Positions 24,050 through 37,202 of a stretch of DNA of 64,000 nt are shown piece after piece (position 1 is the stretch's first letter; every line of letters begins with the position of its first letter). Under the pieces are notes generated by a model. It was not told the DNA's origin. It made no database searches and saw only the letters and a program-made list of their open reading frames with translations. The stretch is taken from contig OZ024762.1 of the NCBI GenBank assembly GCA_964016885.1, forward strand, positions 19,654,001-19,718,000, read 5' to 3'. Origin of the DNA: Eledone cirrhosa (lineage: Eukaryota). A program made the translations under genes and the position numbers.

Positions 24050-25310
24050 TGCTGAAGGTGGTGGTGGTGGTGGTGTTGGGGTTGGCAGTGGTGGTAGTGG
24101 TAGTGATGGTGGGATTTATGTCTATGGTGGTGGTGGTGTTGGTGTTGGTGGTGGTAGTGATGGTGGGATTTATGTCTATGGTGGTGTTGGTGGTGGTGGT
24201 GGTAGTGATGGTGGGATTTATGTCTATGGTGCTGTTGGTGTTGGTGGTGGTAGTGATGGTGGGATTTATGTCTATGGTGGTGTTGGTGTTGGTAATGGTA
24301 GTGATGGTGGGATGCCTGTGGTGGTGTTGGGGTTGGCAGTGGTGGTAGTGGTAGTGATGGTGGGATTTATGTCTATGGTGCTGTTGGTGGTGGTGTTGGT
24401 GGTGGTAGTGATGGTGGGATTTATGTCTATGGTGGTGTTGGTGTTGGTAGTGATGGTGGGATGCCTGTGGTGGTGTTGGGGTTGGCAGTGGTGGTAGTGG
24501 TAGTGATGGTGGGATATATGTCTGTGGTGCTTGTGGTGGGGTTGGTGTTGGTGGTGTTGGTGGGATTTATGTCTGTGGTGCTGTTGGTGTTGGTGTTGGT
24601 GGTGGTAGTGTTGGTGGGATATATGTCTATGGTGGTGTTGGTGGGATTTATGCCTGTGGTGCTGTTGGTGTTGGTGGTGGTAGTGATGGTGGGATTTATG
24701 TCTGTGGTGGTGGTGGTGTTGGTGGTGGTAGTGATGGTGAGATATATGTCTATGGTGATGTTGGTGGTGGTGTTGGTGGTGGTAGTGTTGGTGGGATATA
24801 TGTCTATGTTGGTGGTGGTGTTGGTGTTGGTGTTGGTGGGATTTATGTCTATGGTGGTGTTGGTGGTGGTAGTGTTGGTGGGATATATGTCTATGTTGGT
24901 GGTGGTGTTGGTGTTGGTGTTGGTGGGATTTATGTCTATGGTGGTGTTGGTGTTGGTGGTAGTAGTGTTGGTGGGATATATGTCTATGTTGGTGGGATTT
25001 ATGTCTATGGTGGTGTTGGTGTTGGTGGTGTTGGTGGGATATATGTCTATGGTGGTGTTGGTGTTGGTGGTGTTGGTGGGATTTATGTCTATGGTGGTGT
25101 TGGTGGTGGTGTTGGTGTTGGTGGTGGGATTTATGTCTGTGTTGGTGTTGGGGTTGGTTGTTGCGCCTGTAGTGCTGTTGGTTTTGGTATTAGTATTGGT
25201 GGTGGTGGGGTTGGTGATAGTGATGGAGGTGTTCTCGGTGGTTATGATGGTGCTATTGATATTGGTGGTGTTGGTGATGTTAGCAATGGTGGGGGTGGTT
25301 GTGTCTATAC
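24050..25310. repeat. (GGT)n-based minisatellite with a recurring GTGGGATTTATGTCTATG module
   Basis: Seen directly; the Val-rich ORFs are artefacts. Confidence 0.9.
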
Positions 25311-25514
25311 TTTAATTCCTACCAAACATTTTCCACAAGATGATAAATGGATGCTTAGTCAACAGTCAATAAGAGAAATTGAACAAAGACAGGAAAACAG
25401 TCAGAATAAAAGTTTAAAAAACTAGGAATTTAACCAAAAAAACCCCCCAAAATAATGGAATGAAATAATAATTACGGTTTTCTTGGGTATTTTATTTTAT
25501 TTTTCTCTCTATAA

Positions 25515-27100
25515 CAACACACACTCACACATACACACTCTCAGAGAGACACATACACATAGACACACAGACACACACTCACAGACAAACAGAGAGAGAG
25601 AGAGAGGGAGAGACACACACACATACACTCTCATACACAGACTCACACAGATATTATACAGACACACACACTCAGACACACACTCACAGAGACACATACA
25701 CTCTCAGACAGACATATACTCACACACACATACCCTCTTATAGAGACACACACACACACACACACCAGAGATAATTTACTCACACATGCACGCACAGACA
25801 CACACACACACACACACACACTCAGACACCAGAGATAATTCACACACACACACACTCACACTGACACGCACGAGAGATAATTTACATTTTAATTGAAGAT
25901 TTTCATTTATCATTAGATCAAAATAAAATACAGAGGGACACACATATATACATACACACACATATACACACACATATATACATGTGAACAGAGATACATA
26001 CACATATATACATACACATATATACATACACATATATACATGTGAACAGAGATACATACACGTATATACATACACATATATGCATGTGAACAGAGATCCA
26101 TACACATATATACATGTGAACACACATATATATACATACACATATACATATGTGAACGTACATATATACTCATATATACATATGAATACACATATACACA
26201 CATGTACATACATACACATATACATATGAACACACATGTACATACATACATACACATATATACATGCGAACACAGATTCACACACATGTACATACATGTA
26301 TATATATATATACATGTGAACACACACACACATACACGTGCATACATACACATATATACATGTGAGCATATACACATACATGTACATACACATGTGAAGA
26401 TGCACACATACACATGCACAATTGCATAGTGCCACATACACATGTACAATTGCACAGTGTCACACACACACACACACACGTGTGTGTGTGTACATACATA
26501 CACATGCACAATCACAGTGACACATGCATAAGTATGCATACACATGCACAATCGCAGTGACGCACACATGTGTGTACATACACACACACATACACATGTA
26601 TATGCATGCATACACATGCACAATTGCAGTGACACACACACACACACAGACACATGTATATGCATGCATACACATGCACAATTGCGGTGACACACACGTA
26701 TGTGCATACACACACACATGTATATGCATACACATGCACAATCGCAGTGACACACCCACACGTGTATGTGCATACACATGCACACTTGCGGTGACACACA
26801 CACGTATGTGCATACACACACACAGGCACATGTATATGCATGCATACACATGCACAATCACAGTGACACAGACACGTATGTGCATACACACACGCACACA
26901 CATGTATATGCATGCATACACATGCACAATTGCGGTGACACACACACGTATGTGCATACACACACACAGGCACATGTATATGCATGCATACACATGCATA
27001 ATTGCGGTGACACACACACATATGTGCATACATACACGCACACAGACAGACACATTTATATGCATGCATACACATGCACAGTTGCAGTGACACACACAAG
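25515..27100. repeat. CA-rich degenerate minisatellites (catgtgaaca and cacatgcacaattgcagtgac modules)
   Basis: Seen directly. Confidence 0.85.
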
Positions 27101-27458
27101 TGCACATTGAGTGTGGCATTAATGTAATACATGCAACAGAATGTAAAGGGGGTGGTGGCGGTGGTGGGGGTGGTAGACGAATCAAATATTTATTCGATGA
27201 AGTATGCAAATTAGTTTGAACTTCTTGTGTAGATGGCGTGACTGTAGTCTGTCATTGTGAAGGAATTGACTGGTATTGAACTGTATAGAAGAATCTATGA
27301 GTGTAGGAACAAACAGCCTCCACTCCATCTCAACAACACCACCACAACAACATATATATGGGTGGCGTGTTGGTATAATGGTAACACATTGGTCCGGCAA
27401 ACCAAAGATGTGGGTTTGTGTGCCATCTACATCAATACTCATCCTTTTTTCCATTCAT

Positions 27459-27459
<1 letters not shown>

Positions 27460-27499
<40 letters not shown>

Positions 27500-27830
27500 T
27501 TTTACGTCCGCTTTTCCCTGCTTGCAAGGGTGGGACGGGAACTGATTCTGGCTTGATTTCTACAGCTGGATGCCCTTCCTAACACCAACCTCATTTACAG
27601 TGAGTGCTGGGTGCTTTTTTTTTTTTTGTCGTGGCAGCTCCATGACCACTTTGCAGTGGAATGATAGGGACCCCAGTCCTATCATCTCATTTCTACAGCT
27701 GAGTAAACTGGAGCAATGTGAAATAAAGTGTCTTGCTCAAGGAAACAACACATCACCCAGTCTGAGAATTGAACTCACAACCTTTCAATTGCAAGGCCAA
27801 TGCTCTAACCACTAAGCCATGTGCCTCCAC
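27460..27830 (-). mobile_element. tRNA-head / CORE-like / RTE-tail SINE
   Basis: Reverse complement of the element at 50178-50515; the head end is locally duplicated at ~27840-27876. Confidence 0.85.
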
Positions 27831-28022
27831 ATATATAATAATGCTCTAACCACTAAGCCATGTGCCTCCACATATATATATATTATATATATATTATATT
27901 ATATATTTATATACATTATAGCAAGAGATATCAACATGAATGGACCTCTTACTTTTATCTAAAGACATTTTTTCCAATTCCATCCCGCCCAACCCCCTCA
28001 ATCTATTTTATTTCCCATTCTT

Positions 28023-28058
28023 TCTTCTGATGAAGGACTAGCGTCCGAAATGTTAAGA
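28023..28058 (+). ncRNA. Minimal type I hammerhead motif in a pLTR-like island (probable C-to-T decay in stem III)
   Basis: tctt CTGATGA a-ggac-tagc-gtcc GAAA tgtt aaga; the island 3' end (ccatatactgta.cgattgtgttgttatttctgtttacct) recurs at ~20320-20360 and, partially and inverted, at ~41435-41462. Confidence 0.7.
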
Positions 28059-28157
28059 CCCTCTTCCTGCTATATCAAGCGTTATCCTAATATATACCTT
28101 CCATATACTGTACCGATTGTGTTGTTATTTCTGTTTACCTATATATATATTTTATAT

Positions 28158-28198
<41 letters not shown>

Positions 28199-28330
28199 TA
28201 CATTACTCAACACGGAAGCTCAATGAAGATTAAGCTCAGAACATAATTTATACGGATTTAAACAATATACAAACCATTTTTTTTTTTGAGAAACAATTAG
28301 TATTATGTACATATATATATAGAAGAACAA

Positions 28331-28521
28331 ATAATTGTTTCTACTTTTGGCACAAGGCCAGCAATTACCCAGTGCATTACTGGTACTTTATTTTATCGAC
28401 CCCGTAAGGATGAAAGGCAAAGTTAACCTTGGCGGGATTTGAACTCAGGTCATAAAGGGCGGTAACTCTATGCTTCAAAGCATGGCGTCCGACCCTCTAC
28501 TGATACTGCCAATCCACTGCC
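28331..28521 (-). mobile_element. Nin/Deu-like SINE with a 15 bp target-site duplication
   Basis: Full head-to-tail copy; AGAAGAACAAATAAT at 28321-28335 and 28524-28538. Confidence 0.85.
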
Positions 28522-28751
28522 TTAGAAGAACAAATAATAAATGTACTCATTTAAAGAAAGAATCAAGTGAACTTTAGACAATTTGGGCTTGATCCTTTCT
28601 TTAAGTGGGTACATTTATTATTTATCATTGTATATGTATGTACATAATACTAGTTACTTTCCAGCTATATATAGGAAAATATTGTTTGTATATCGTTTAA
28701 ATTTGTCTAGTATATTCTGTCATTCTGTCATTCTGCCATTACCACGGCAGA

Positions 28752-28836
28752 GGTCTGATGAGCTTTTGATTCCAGAGTCGGGCCTGATCGATTCAGATCG
28801 AATCTTGAGCTGATCAATAGTGAAACACGCGTCACC
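28752..28836 (+). ncRNA. Type I hammerhead with extended stem II
   Basis: ggt CTGATGA gct.ttgat...atcaa.agt GAAA c-acgc-GTC acc, then AATAAA at 28841; stem I only 3 bp. Confidence 0.65.
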
Positions 28837-28889
28837 AATCAATAAACGTAATGAAGGCTTAACAAATTGTCCTTGTATTATTTTTATAT

Positions 28890-29080
28890 GGCGGTGAATT
28901 GGCAGTATTGGTAGAGGGTCAGACACACTTTCCAGTGTAGTTACGTCCCTTTACGATCTGAGTTCAAATCCCGCCGAGGTTAACTTTGCCTTTCATCCTT
29001 ACGGGGTCGATAAAATAAAGTACCAGTAATGTACTGGGTAATTGCTGGCCTTGTGCCAAAAGTAGAAACAATTATTATTA
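28890..29080 (+). mobile_element. Nin/Deu-like SINE
   Basis: GGCGGTGAATTGGCAG head, B-box, central domain, (ATT)n tail. Confidence 0.85.
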
Positions 29081-29096
29081 TATGCATATCTGTATA

Positions 29097-29432
29097 TCAT
29101 CATCATCATCATCACCGTTTTACGTCCGTTCTTCCACGCTAGCATGGGTTAGACGGGTTGTCCTGTTGTGGGCAGTGTCTGGTCGGCTGACCATGCCTTG
29201 CTCATACAGGAACTGATCTGGCTTGATTTCTACAGCTGGATGCCCTTCCTAACACCAACCTCATTTACAGTGAGTGCTGGGTGCTTTTTCGTGGCGCCTA
29301 CACGTTCACTTTACAGTGTGGGCTGGGTGCTTTTTTGCCGTGGCACCTCCACGACCACCTTGCGGTGGGGGGGGGGGGGCATATTGTCTATATGCTTCAG
29401 CTTGTACCCATGGGAGGTTGGGTACTCTGTAA
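29097..29432 (-). mobile_element. Non-autonomous element with an RTE-like tail, near-identical to 51310-51650
   Basis: (CAT)n CGTTTTACGTCCG...CTACAGCTGGATGCCCTTCCTAACACC...GTACCCATGGGAGG. Confidence 0.8.
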
Positions 29433-29470
29433 TTCTGCGTGACGCCAGCTCAACCTGCCTGTATACGTGT

Positions 29471-29768
29471 GAGTTGAGCTGATCACAACAACCCAACTAC
29501 TGAGCCACCTACTTTGACAATGTGACTGTGAACCATTAGACTGTGTTTTATGGACACTGGACTGATGAAAGTTTCAATCTGACCTCTGCTAATCTCACCT
29601 CTGAGTTGAGCTGATCACAACATCCTAACCAGTGAGCCACCTACCTTGACAATGTGACTGAACCATTAGACTGTGTTGAAATACAACAATAACTTGTGTT
29701 TTATGGACACTGGACTGATGAAAGTTTCAATCTGACCTCTGCTAATCGCACCTCTGAGTTGAGCTGAA
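29471..29768. repeat. Imperfect tandem duplication (~133-152 bp unit)
   Basis: GAGTTGAGCTGA at ~29471, ~29604 and ~29756 with shared intervening sequence. Confidence 0.8.
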
Positions 29769-29888
29769 CTTTGAAGATTGCATTAAAAATATCCTGTCAG
29801 CCATTTTTTTATAGCATTGTTTCAAGTTCCAGACAATTAAGACAGTTTAACTGCATTCTCTCTCTCTTTTCTCTCTCTCTCTCTCTCT

Positions 29889-29927
<39 letters not shown>

Positions 29928-30225
29928 TTCACGCATACACCCTGTCTCTCTTTCACACACACACACATATACTGTCTCTCACTCTCTTTCACACACACTC
30001 TTTTTGGCTCATTCTCTTTCACACATTCTCTTTCTAACTTTCTCTCACACTCACACGCTCATTCTCACACTCCCTCCCTCTCTCTCTCTCACTCTCTGGC
30101 TTTCTTTCTTGCACACATCTTTTCTACCTCTCACTCAAATCAATCCACCCATCCATCCATCCATCTATTTTCCTGTCTATCTGTTTCTCTCTTCATCTAT
30201 CTGTCTATCTATCTATCTATCTCAA

Positions 30226-30735
30226 ACCACCACCCTCCTTCAAAATAGAAGGAGAGGCGGTTTTCCTTTGTGTGATAGCTATGGCGAAAGAGGTTGTATG
30301 ATGGACAAGGTTAAAAGGGCTGAGGTCAGACACCTTTCTCTCCGGCCAACAACTGATTCTTTTTTTTCAAATACCACTTTGGAAGAAGAATCAGGATGGA
30401 GAGAGAGGTGCTGCACCCCAGCAAGTTTTATGAAAGGTGGGTGAAAGTGGCGAGAATGGCCCGAGTGAATGGGCCTTCTCGCTATATCAGCCTGTAGGTT
30501 GAGGAAAAGGAGGAGGAGAGGAAAGGAGTACAAACTCTTCGTACTCCTGGAGATGAAGGTTGCACATTTTTTCGGGGGTATGTGTTACCCATATGAAATG
30601 TCTCCCCCTATTGGGGAAAATCGACTAATTTTTAAATTGCATTTGTGATAATATTTTACACGTTTTTATTGTATGTAAACTTCCCCTTTTGTATTTGTCC
30701 CCTTCTTTTGTGCCCCTGTGGCTAATAAAGAAACA
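30226..30735 (+). mobile_element. Tx1/L1-type LINE 3' fragment (shorter relative of 32407-33568)
   Basis: Colinear with ~33075-33568; ends GTGGCTAATAAAGAAA; preceded by (TCTA)n. Confidence 0.8.
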
Positions 30736-30769
30736 TATCTATTTATCTAACCATTTATCCATCTATTTG

Positions 30770-32190
30770 GCAAGGTGTTTTGGAACATAACATAAGAAAG
30801 GTTCTTCTAGAAAATTATGATAGGTTTTAGATGAAAGTAAAAACTGAAAAACCAAACCAAACAGTTTTATATGATAAAACCAGGGTCCAATCTTGGATGT
30901 TTTGGATGTCAAAGGGTTAAGAAAATCAAAAGAACTTTGAAAGAAACAGCTCAGTTTTGTATCATTGAACCAGGAGTGGTTTCAGTTAGTTTGATGTCAA
31001 AAAGGTTAAGAAAATCAAACTTCTTAAGAAATATTTCTGTATGATAGAACCAGGGTGGGGGTGGGGTTTAGTAGTATTATATCAAACTGTTTTTAGATAA
31101 AGATAAAACCTTAGAATTAAACAGTTCTGCATCATAAAACCTGGACCAGATTCAGGCGTTTTGGTCTCAAAAGATTTAAGAAACTCCTTTGTCACAAATT
31201 TTTCTAGCAGCCTTTTGGAACATAACATAAAAGTTGTTACATAAAATTATGATGGAAACGTTTTAAATAAAGATAAACTTTGATAGTTTCAGGTGGTTTG
31301 GTAACAAAAGGGTTTATAAAATCAAAATCCCTTTAACATAAACAGCTTTGTATCATAAAACCAGGGTTGGTTTCAGGTAGTTTGATATCAAAAAGGTTTA
31401 GAAAAGAAACAGATCTCTATGATAGAACCAGATGGATGGGGTTATATCAAACTGTTTTTAGATACAGATAAAAACTTAGAATGAAACAGTTTAAAAACTT
31501 GGGCCAGATTCAGGCGTTTTGGTTTGAAAAGATTTAACCCTTTAGCATTCAAACCGGCCATATCTGGCCAGAGTTCTTTCACCTCTTTCTGTTTAAAACA
31601 GCAGTAACTGGCTGCTCATACTTATGTTAAGGTATTGTTCTCAAAATAAATAATATCAAAATCTCATAGATTCGATATTATGTGAAATAATTAGGTGAGA
31701 CAAAGTGTTTACTGTGAAAATACAATAGTAAATATAGAGTAATGTAAGAGTTAAAGAGTTAAGAAACTCCTTTGCCACAAATTTTTCTGGCAGTCTGTTG
31801 GAACATAACATAACAAAGGTTATTAAATAAAATTATGATGGATGGTTTTAGAAACAAAAACAAATATTTTTGTATTATAATTTCAGGTAGTTTGGTAAGA
31901 AAAGTGTTAAGAAAATCAAAAAGCTTAAACACAAAGAGCTCAGCTTTGTATTATAGAACCAGGGGAAGTTTCAGGTGTTTTAGTGTGAAAAGGGTTAAGA
32001 AAATCAAATACTTAAACACAAAGCAGCTCAGTATGATAGAACCGGGGGTGATTTTAAGTGGTTTTATTTAAAATTGGATCTAGATAAAGATAAAAACTTG
32101 AAATCAAACACTTTTTTGCACCATAAAATCTGGGCCAGATTCAAGTGTTTTCATATCAAAAGGCTTAAGAAAGTCCTTTGTCACAATTCT
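30770..32190. repeat. Degenerate AT-rich tandem repeat region (AAAGGGTTAAGAAAATCAAA...ATAGAACCAGG modules)
   Basis: Modules recur; an inverted relative forms the array at 52250-52700. Confidence 0.7.
31534..31762. mobile_element. Non-autonomous piggyBac-like element in a TTAA site
   Basis: TTAA-CCCTTTAGCATT...AATGTAAGAG-TTAA; the paralogous unit at ~31170 (gatttaagaaactcc) shows the empty site. Confidence 0.7.
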
Positions 32191-32406
32191 TTTAAGTTTG
32201 TCCTACATCTGATCATTTTAAAATATATTAAAGAAATGCATTGATTTTATTACCGCCCCTCCGCCTATCTTGCTAGCTTTTATTTCTTTCTCTCTGTCTT
32301 TCTCTCTGTGCATTGTAGCTCTCTCTCTCTCTCTCAATATTAGCTTGTCCATCTCTGTTTCTTTATCTCCCCAGCTATCTAGCTATCTATCTATCTATCA
32401 CCATCT

Positions 32407-33568
32407 GTAGAAGAAGCAGGCTCCACTGGTGAGGAGCTCCGTCTGCTGTCAGCACCCTTCCAACGGAGGGCTGGGAATGCCGTGGCTGATGATGCGCAAA
32501 CATGCGCTGAGGCTGCGGCATCTCCAGGTATTCCTCACCGACCCCCAACCGGTGTGGGCACCGTTTGTGAGACAGGCTTTCCCACAGCTCGTCTCGCTGA
32601 CGGAACTGCAGTCCTGGGTGAAGAAAAGACCGAAAATGATGGGCGCCTGGCACATTGAATGTGCTCAGGTGCTCACAGTCCTCTGGTAAGCGGGCGCAGC
32701 AATCAGTGGAGACTCCACTTCGACATTCTATAGAGGGATTGTACGTTACAAGGGCGACGATGTGCTCGGAGAGACTCTGGGCGTCGAAGACGATGAGCTC
32801 ACCAGTCTGTTTGGTAGGACTTTCCGCCCGGGACCTATGGACAACTTCCAGAGGTCCCTGGCCTGGCACTGCTACCGAGGAGCTCTTCAGGCACGGACGC
32901 CCCGGCAGGATCCTTCCAAGAGGACATGTCCAAGATGTGCGCAGGACATTGAAACAGTCCTGCACGCAATTGTACACTGCCCGGGCGTAACCGACCTGTG
33001 GAACTATGCAGAACAACTGCTGTCGCGTATGGGACAAATTCAGTTGACTGCCGAGTCCATAGTAAGGATCAAAGCGCCAGCCTCTTTCAAAAACGAAAGA
33101 GAGGCGGTTTTCCTCTGTACGGTGGCTATAGTGAAAGAAGTTATATGGTGGACAAGGTTGAGGGAACTGAGGACAGATGCCTTTCTCTCTGGACAACAAT
33201 TGATTCCCTTCTTTAAGTATCACTTTAGAAGGAGAATCAGGGTGGAGAGAGAGGCACTGCACCCCAGTAAATTTACTGAAAGGTGGGTGAATGAAGCGAA
33301 AATGGCCCGAGTGATTGGGCCTTCTCTGTTTATAAGCCTGTAGGTTGAGGAAGAGAGCAAAAGGAAGAAAGGAGCACTTGCACAACACACTCCTGGAGTT
33401 GAGGGTTATTCTATCGACAGGGTATTAAACAACCCATTTGTGGCGCCTTCCCCCTATTGGGGATTTCGATTGTTGAAATTGTTTGTTTACACGACTGCAT
33501 GTAAAATCCCGGGCATGTCTTTGTATTGTCCCCTTTTCTTGTACGCCCTTGTGGCTAATAAAGAAATA
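32407..33568 (+). mobile_element. 5'-truncated Tx1/L1-clade LINE with a C-terminal CCHC zinc knuckle
   Basis: GGLGMP motif; CPRCAQDIETVLHAIVHC; AATAAA end; 15 bp TSD TATCTATCACCATCT at 32392-32406 and 33569-33583; internal stop at 32687-32689. Confidence 0.85.
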
Positions 33569-34128
33569 TATCTATCACCATCTATCTACCTACCTATCTA
33601 TCTATCTCTTCCTAAAATCCTGACAGCCAGGCAATAAAATAAACTTCCTTACCAACTACTAAATAATTTGTTCCAGTCTGGGAACAAATGGAAACAGGGT
33701 TAAGTGTGTTGTGACAGAGTGTCTGTGGAAACACGCACACACACACACACACGCTCACACATATATATTTACACACTCTCTCACAAAACACTTAACCCTG
33801 TAAATATACTTACACACACATTCTCTCAACACAACCCTATTTCCATATGTGTATATGTGTGTGTGTATGCATATATATATATATATATATATATGTATAA
33901 GAGAGAGAGAGAAAGAAAGGGAGACCATGTAAGACCAATGAGATGAGAGAGGCAAGGACAATAGAGAGAGGGAGAGAGTCTGACACAGAGAGAGAGAGAG
34001 AGGGGAGAGAGTCTGACAGAGAGTGGGGTGGGTTGGGTCCCTGCAGTAAGTAATAGAAGCGAATATTGATAGTTCCATCACATTATACCTAATTTCCTCC
34101 TTGGTAGTGGTGTTGGGCCTAAACATAC

Positions 34129-34190
<62 letters not shown>

Positions 34191-34387
34191 GTACAGATAT
34201 AAATCATATATATATATATATATATACATACATATAAAAATGTGTGTGTGTGTTTAGGTATGTATACTTACATATTTGAAACCTAGAAAATAAGCCATTG
34301 AAAATAATTGTTTGTGTATTAAGTAGAATGGAAATTTTGTATAGCTTTGTCTTGTTTTTAATGTCTGTACTTATATATATATACATA

Positions 34388-34418
<31 letters not shown>

Positions 34419-35059
34419 CTGTATATATACAGATATGTATATATATACAGATATGTATATATACATAACTGTCTATATATATATGTACTTGTACATATAC
34501 AGATATGTGTATATAAATATATATATGTATATATATATAGATAGATATTTACAGATATGTATATATATATATATATATTTGAATATACATGTACATATAC
34601 AAGGTTTGTGAGTAGACATTTCTTTATTGTCTTGTTTGCACCAGACAGTCAGACAGACACCACTTCCATCACCTCTCTTTCCTTTCGCCTTCTCTCTATG
34701 TACCATTATATACATATATGTATATATATGTATATATATGTCTGTAATTGTGTGTGTGTGTGTATATGTATATATATATATATATATGTGTGTATATGTA
34801 TATATGTATATATATATATATATGTGTATATGTATATATGTATATATATATATGTGTGTATATGTATATATGTATATATATGTGTGCGTGCATATGTATA
34901 TATATATATGTGTGTGTGTGTATATGTATGTATGTGTATGTATATATTTACTTATTCTGTAAATAGTCATTATAGTATTGTTTTCTATCTGACGCTTTCT
35001 CTATAAACTTATTTCCTGGTAAAGTTTCTGCATATGACCCCAAGGGGAAATTACACCAA

Positions 35060-35670
35060 CACCTACTCCTCCATCACCCACACCACCACCACTATCATCA
35101 TCTACACCACCACCACCACCACCATTACTACACCACCACCACCTACACCACCACCACCGCCTAAACCTCCATCACTACATAACCACCACCTACACCACCA
35201 CCACCACCATCATCATCAACTACACCCGACCCTAACCACTAGCACCATCACCACTACACGACCACCACCACTACCACCACCATCACCACCACTAATACCA
35301 CCATCACCACCACTACCACCATCATCACCAACTACACCCGACCCTAACCACTACCATCACCATCACCCTCACCACCACCACTACCACCACTATCATCACC
35401 ACCACCACCAGCACCACCATCATCATCAACTACACCCAACCCTAACCACTAGCACCATCACCACTACACGACCACCACCACTACCACCACCATCACCACC
35501 ACTACTACCACCATCACCACCACTACCACCATCATCACCAACTACACCCGACCCTAACCACTACCATCACCACCATCACCCTCACCACCACCACTACCAC
35601 CACTATCACCACCACTACTACCACCACCACCACCATCATCATCAACTACACCCGACCCTAACCACTAGCA
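35060..35670. repeat. (CAC)n-derived minisatellite with ~210-220 bp higher-order repeats
   Basis: caactacacccgaccctaaccact recurs five times. Confidence 0.85.
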
Positions 35671-36151
35671 CACACACCATTTTTTCACTTTACTTGTATA
35701 AATTGATTTTTGACTTGTGATGTGAGATAAACATCTTTTGTACTCAGCACTTATTGATCAGTTCTTTGTTACTTCGAATTTGCAGCCCCCTATCAACATT
35801 CAATGTAATTACCTCCCTTATTTTATTCCCATCCTAGGTGGCGTATTGGCAGTGTTAAGTGTATTTATCTCCCTTGTCTTAATACCTCAGAGGCCACAAA
35901 TTGACAGAGATGTTAGAACATTGGATAGAAAGCTTTACTTTGTTTGTTCTGTCTCTCTGCTCTGGGTTTAAATACTACCAAGGTCAACTTCGCCTTTCGT
36001 CCATTCAAGGTTGATAAAAACAAAAGTACCAGTCTAATACTGGGGTTGATTCTTTCTCTATATCTCTTTCTCATTTCCTAGCTATCACCTATCCTTCTCT
36101 GGAAGAAATCCGCTGTGTTCAGACCTGGAAAGGAGTTGGTTTCCACCGGGC

Positions 36152-36571
36152 TTAACCTCTTCAATGTTGTGGATGAGATAACTTGTCGTAACATGTAAGC
36201 ACTCCAGTGCCACGGACGAGATAACGTGTTTGAATTCCTTTCCAACATTTCATAACTTCAATTTTATGATTCTTTCCCAAAAGTTCATAACTTCAAATTT
36301 ATGAATTCGTTTCCAACAGTTCATAACTACAAAGTTATGAACTCGTTTCCAACAGTTCATAACTTCAAAGTTATGAACTCGTTTCCAACAGTTCATGACT
36401 TCAAACTTATGAACTCGTTCCCAACGGTTCATAATTTCAAAGCTAGATGGGGTTACTAGATTATTGATGTGACGTTTGTCAATCAAAATATCATTTTACT
36501 GACAAAAAAACCAAAAAAACCGATACAGCAACTGTAGCCGTGTAAAATATACACGGCAGTCAACAGGTTAA
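36152..36571. mobile_element. piggyBac-like MITE with an internal 36 bp palindromic minisatellite
   Basis: TTAA-CCTCTTCAATG...CAGTCAACAGG-TTAA imperfect TIRs; ~5 copies of ttccaacagttcataacttcaaagttatgaactcgt. Confidence 0.6.
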
Positions 36572-37202
36572 AATGCCCTAAAAACACCATATGCCACCAT
36601 GCCACCCCTTAAAATTTGATCAGGAGTTACGGCACAATGCCACACCAGTCTATTTCCCCTCATAGGTGGTAAGTTGACAGAGTCATTAGTGTCAGAATAC
36701 TTTGTGATATTCATTACAGCTCTCAGCACTGTCAGTTCAAATCCTGCAAAGGTCTATTTTACATTTCATCTTTTTGATGTTGAACAAATATGATACCAGT
36801 ATAATACTGGGGTGGTGTTGGAGGGTGAATGTTTCTTCTACATGTCTTTCCCATTTCCACTATCTCTCTCTCTCTCATTTTCTCTCCTTCTCTGAAAGAA
36901 ATCGGCTGAGTTTAGGCCTGTAGAGAGCATGGGCTCCGCCAGGCTTAAATTGACCAAGAAATGTTGTATGTCACTATGGCGCCCCCTATGACTCCATCAG
37001 GAGTTACGGAAGGATACTGTACCCTAATATGGGAGTGTGGAGTGTCAACACTTCTTCTATATCTCTTTTTCCTTTCCACTCTCACTTTCTCTCTGTCTCT
37101 GGAAGAAACTGGCTGTGTGTCCAGTCCTGGAGAATAGATGTCTTCTGCCAAATTTAAAACACTGCATGTCACCATAACATCCCTACAACAATACAACCAA
37201 TC

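Noticed and set aside
29560-29740. Duplicated CTGATGAAAG motif
   Set aside because: No stem II, GAAA and NUH arrangement downstream.
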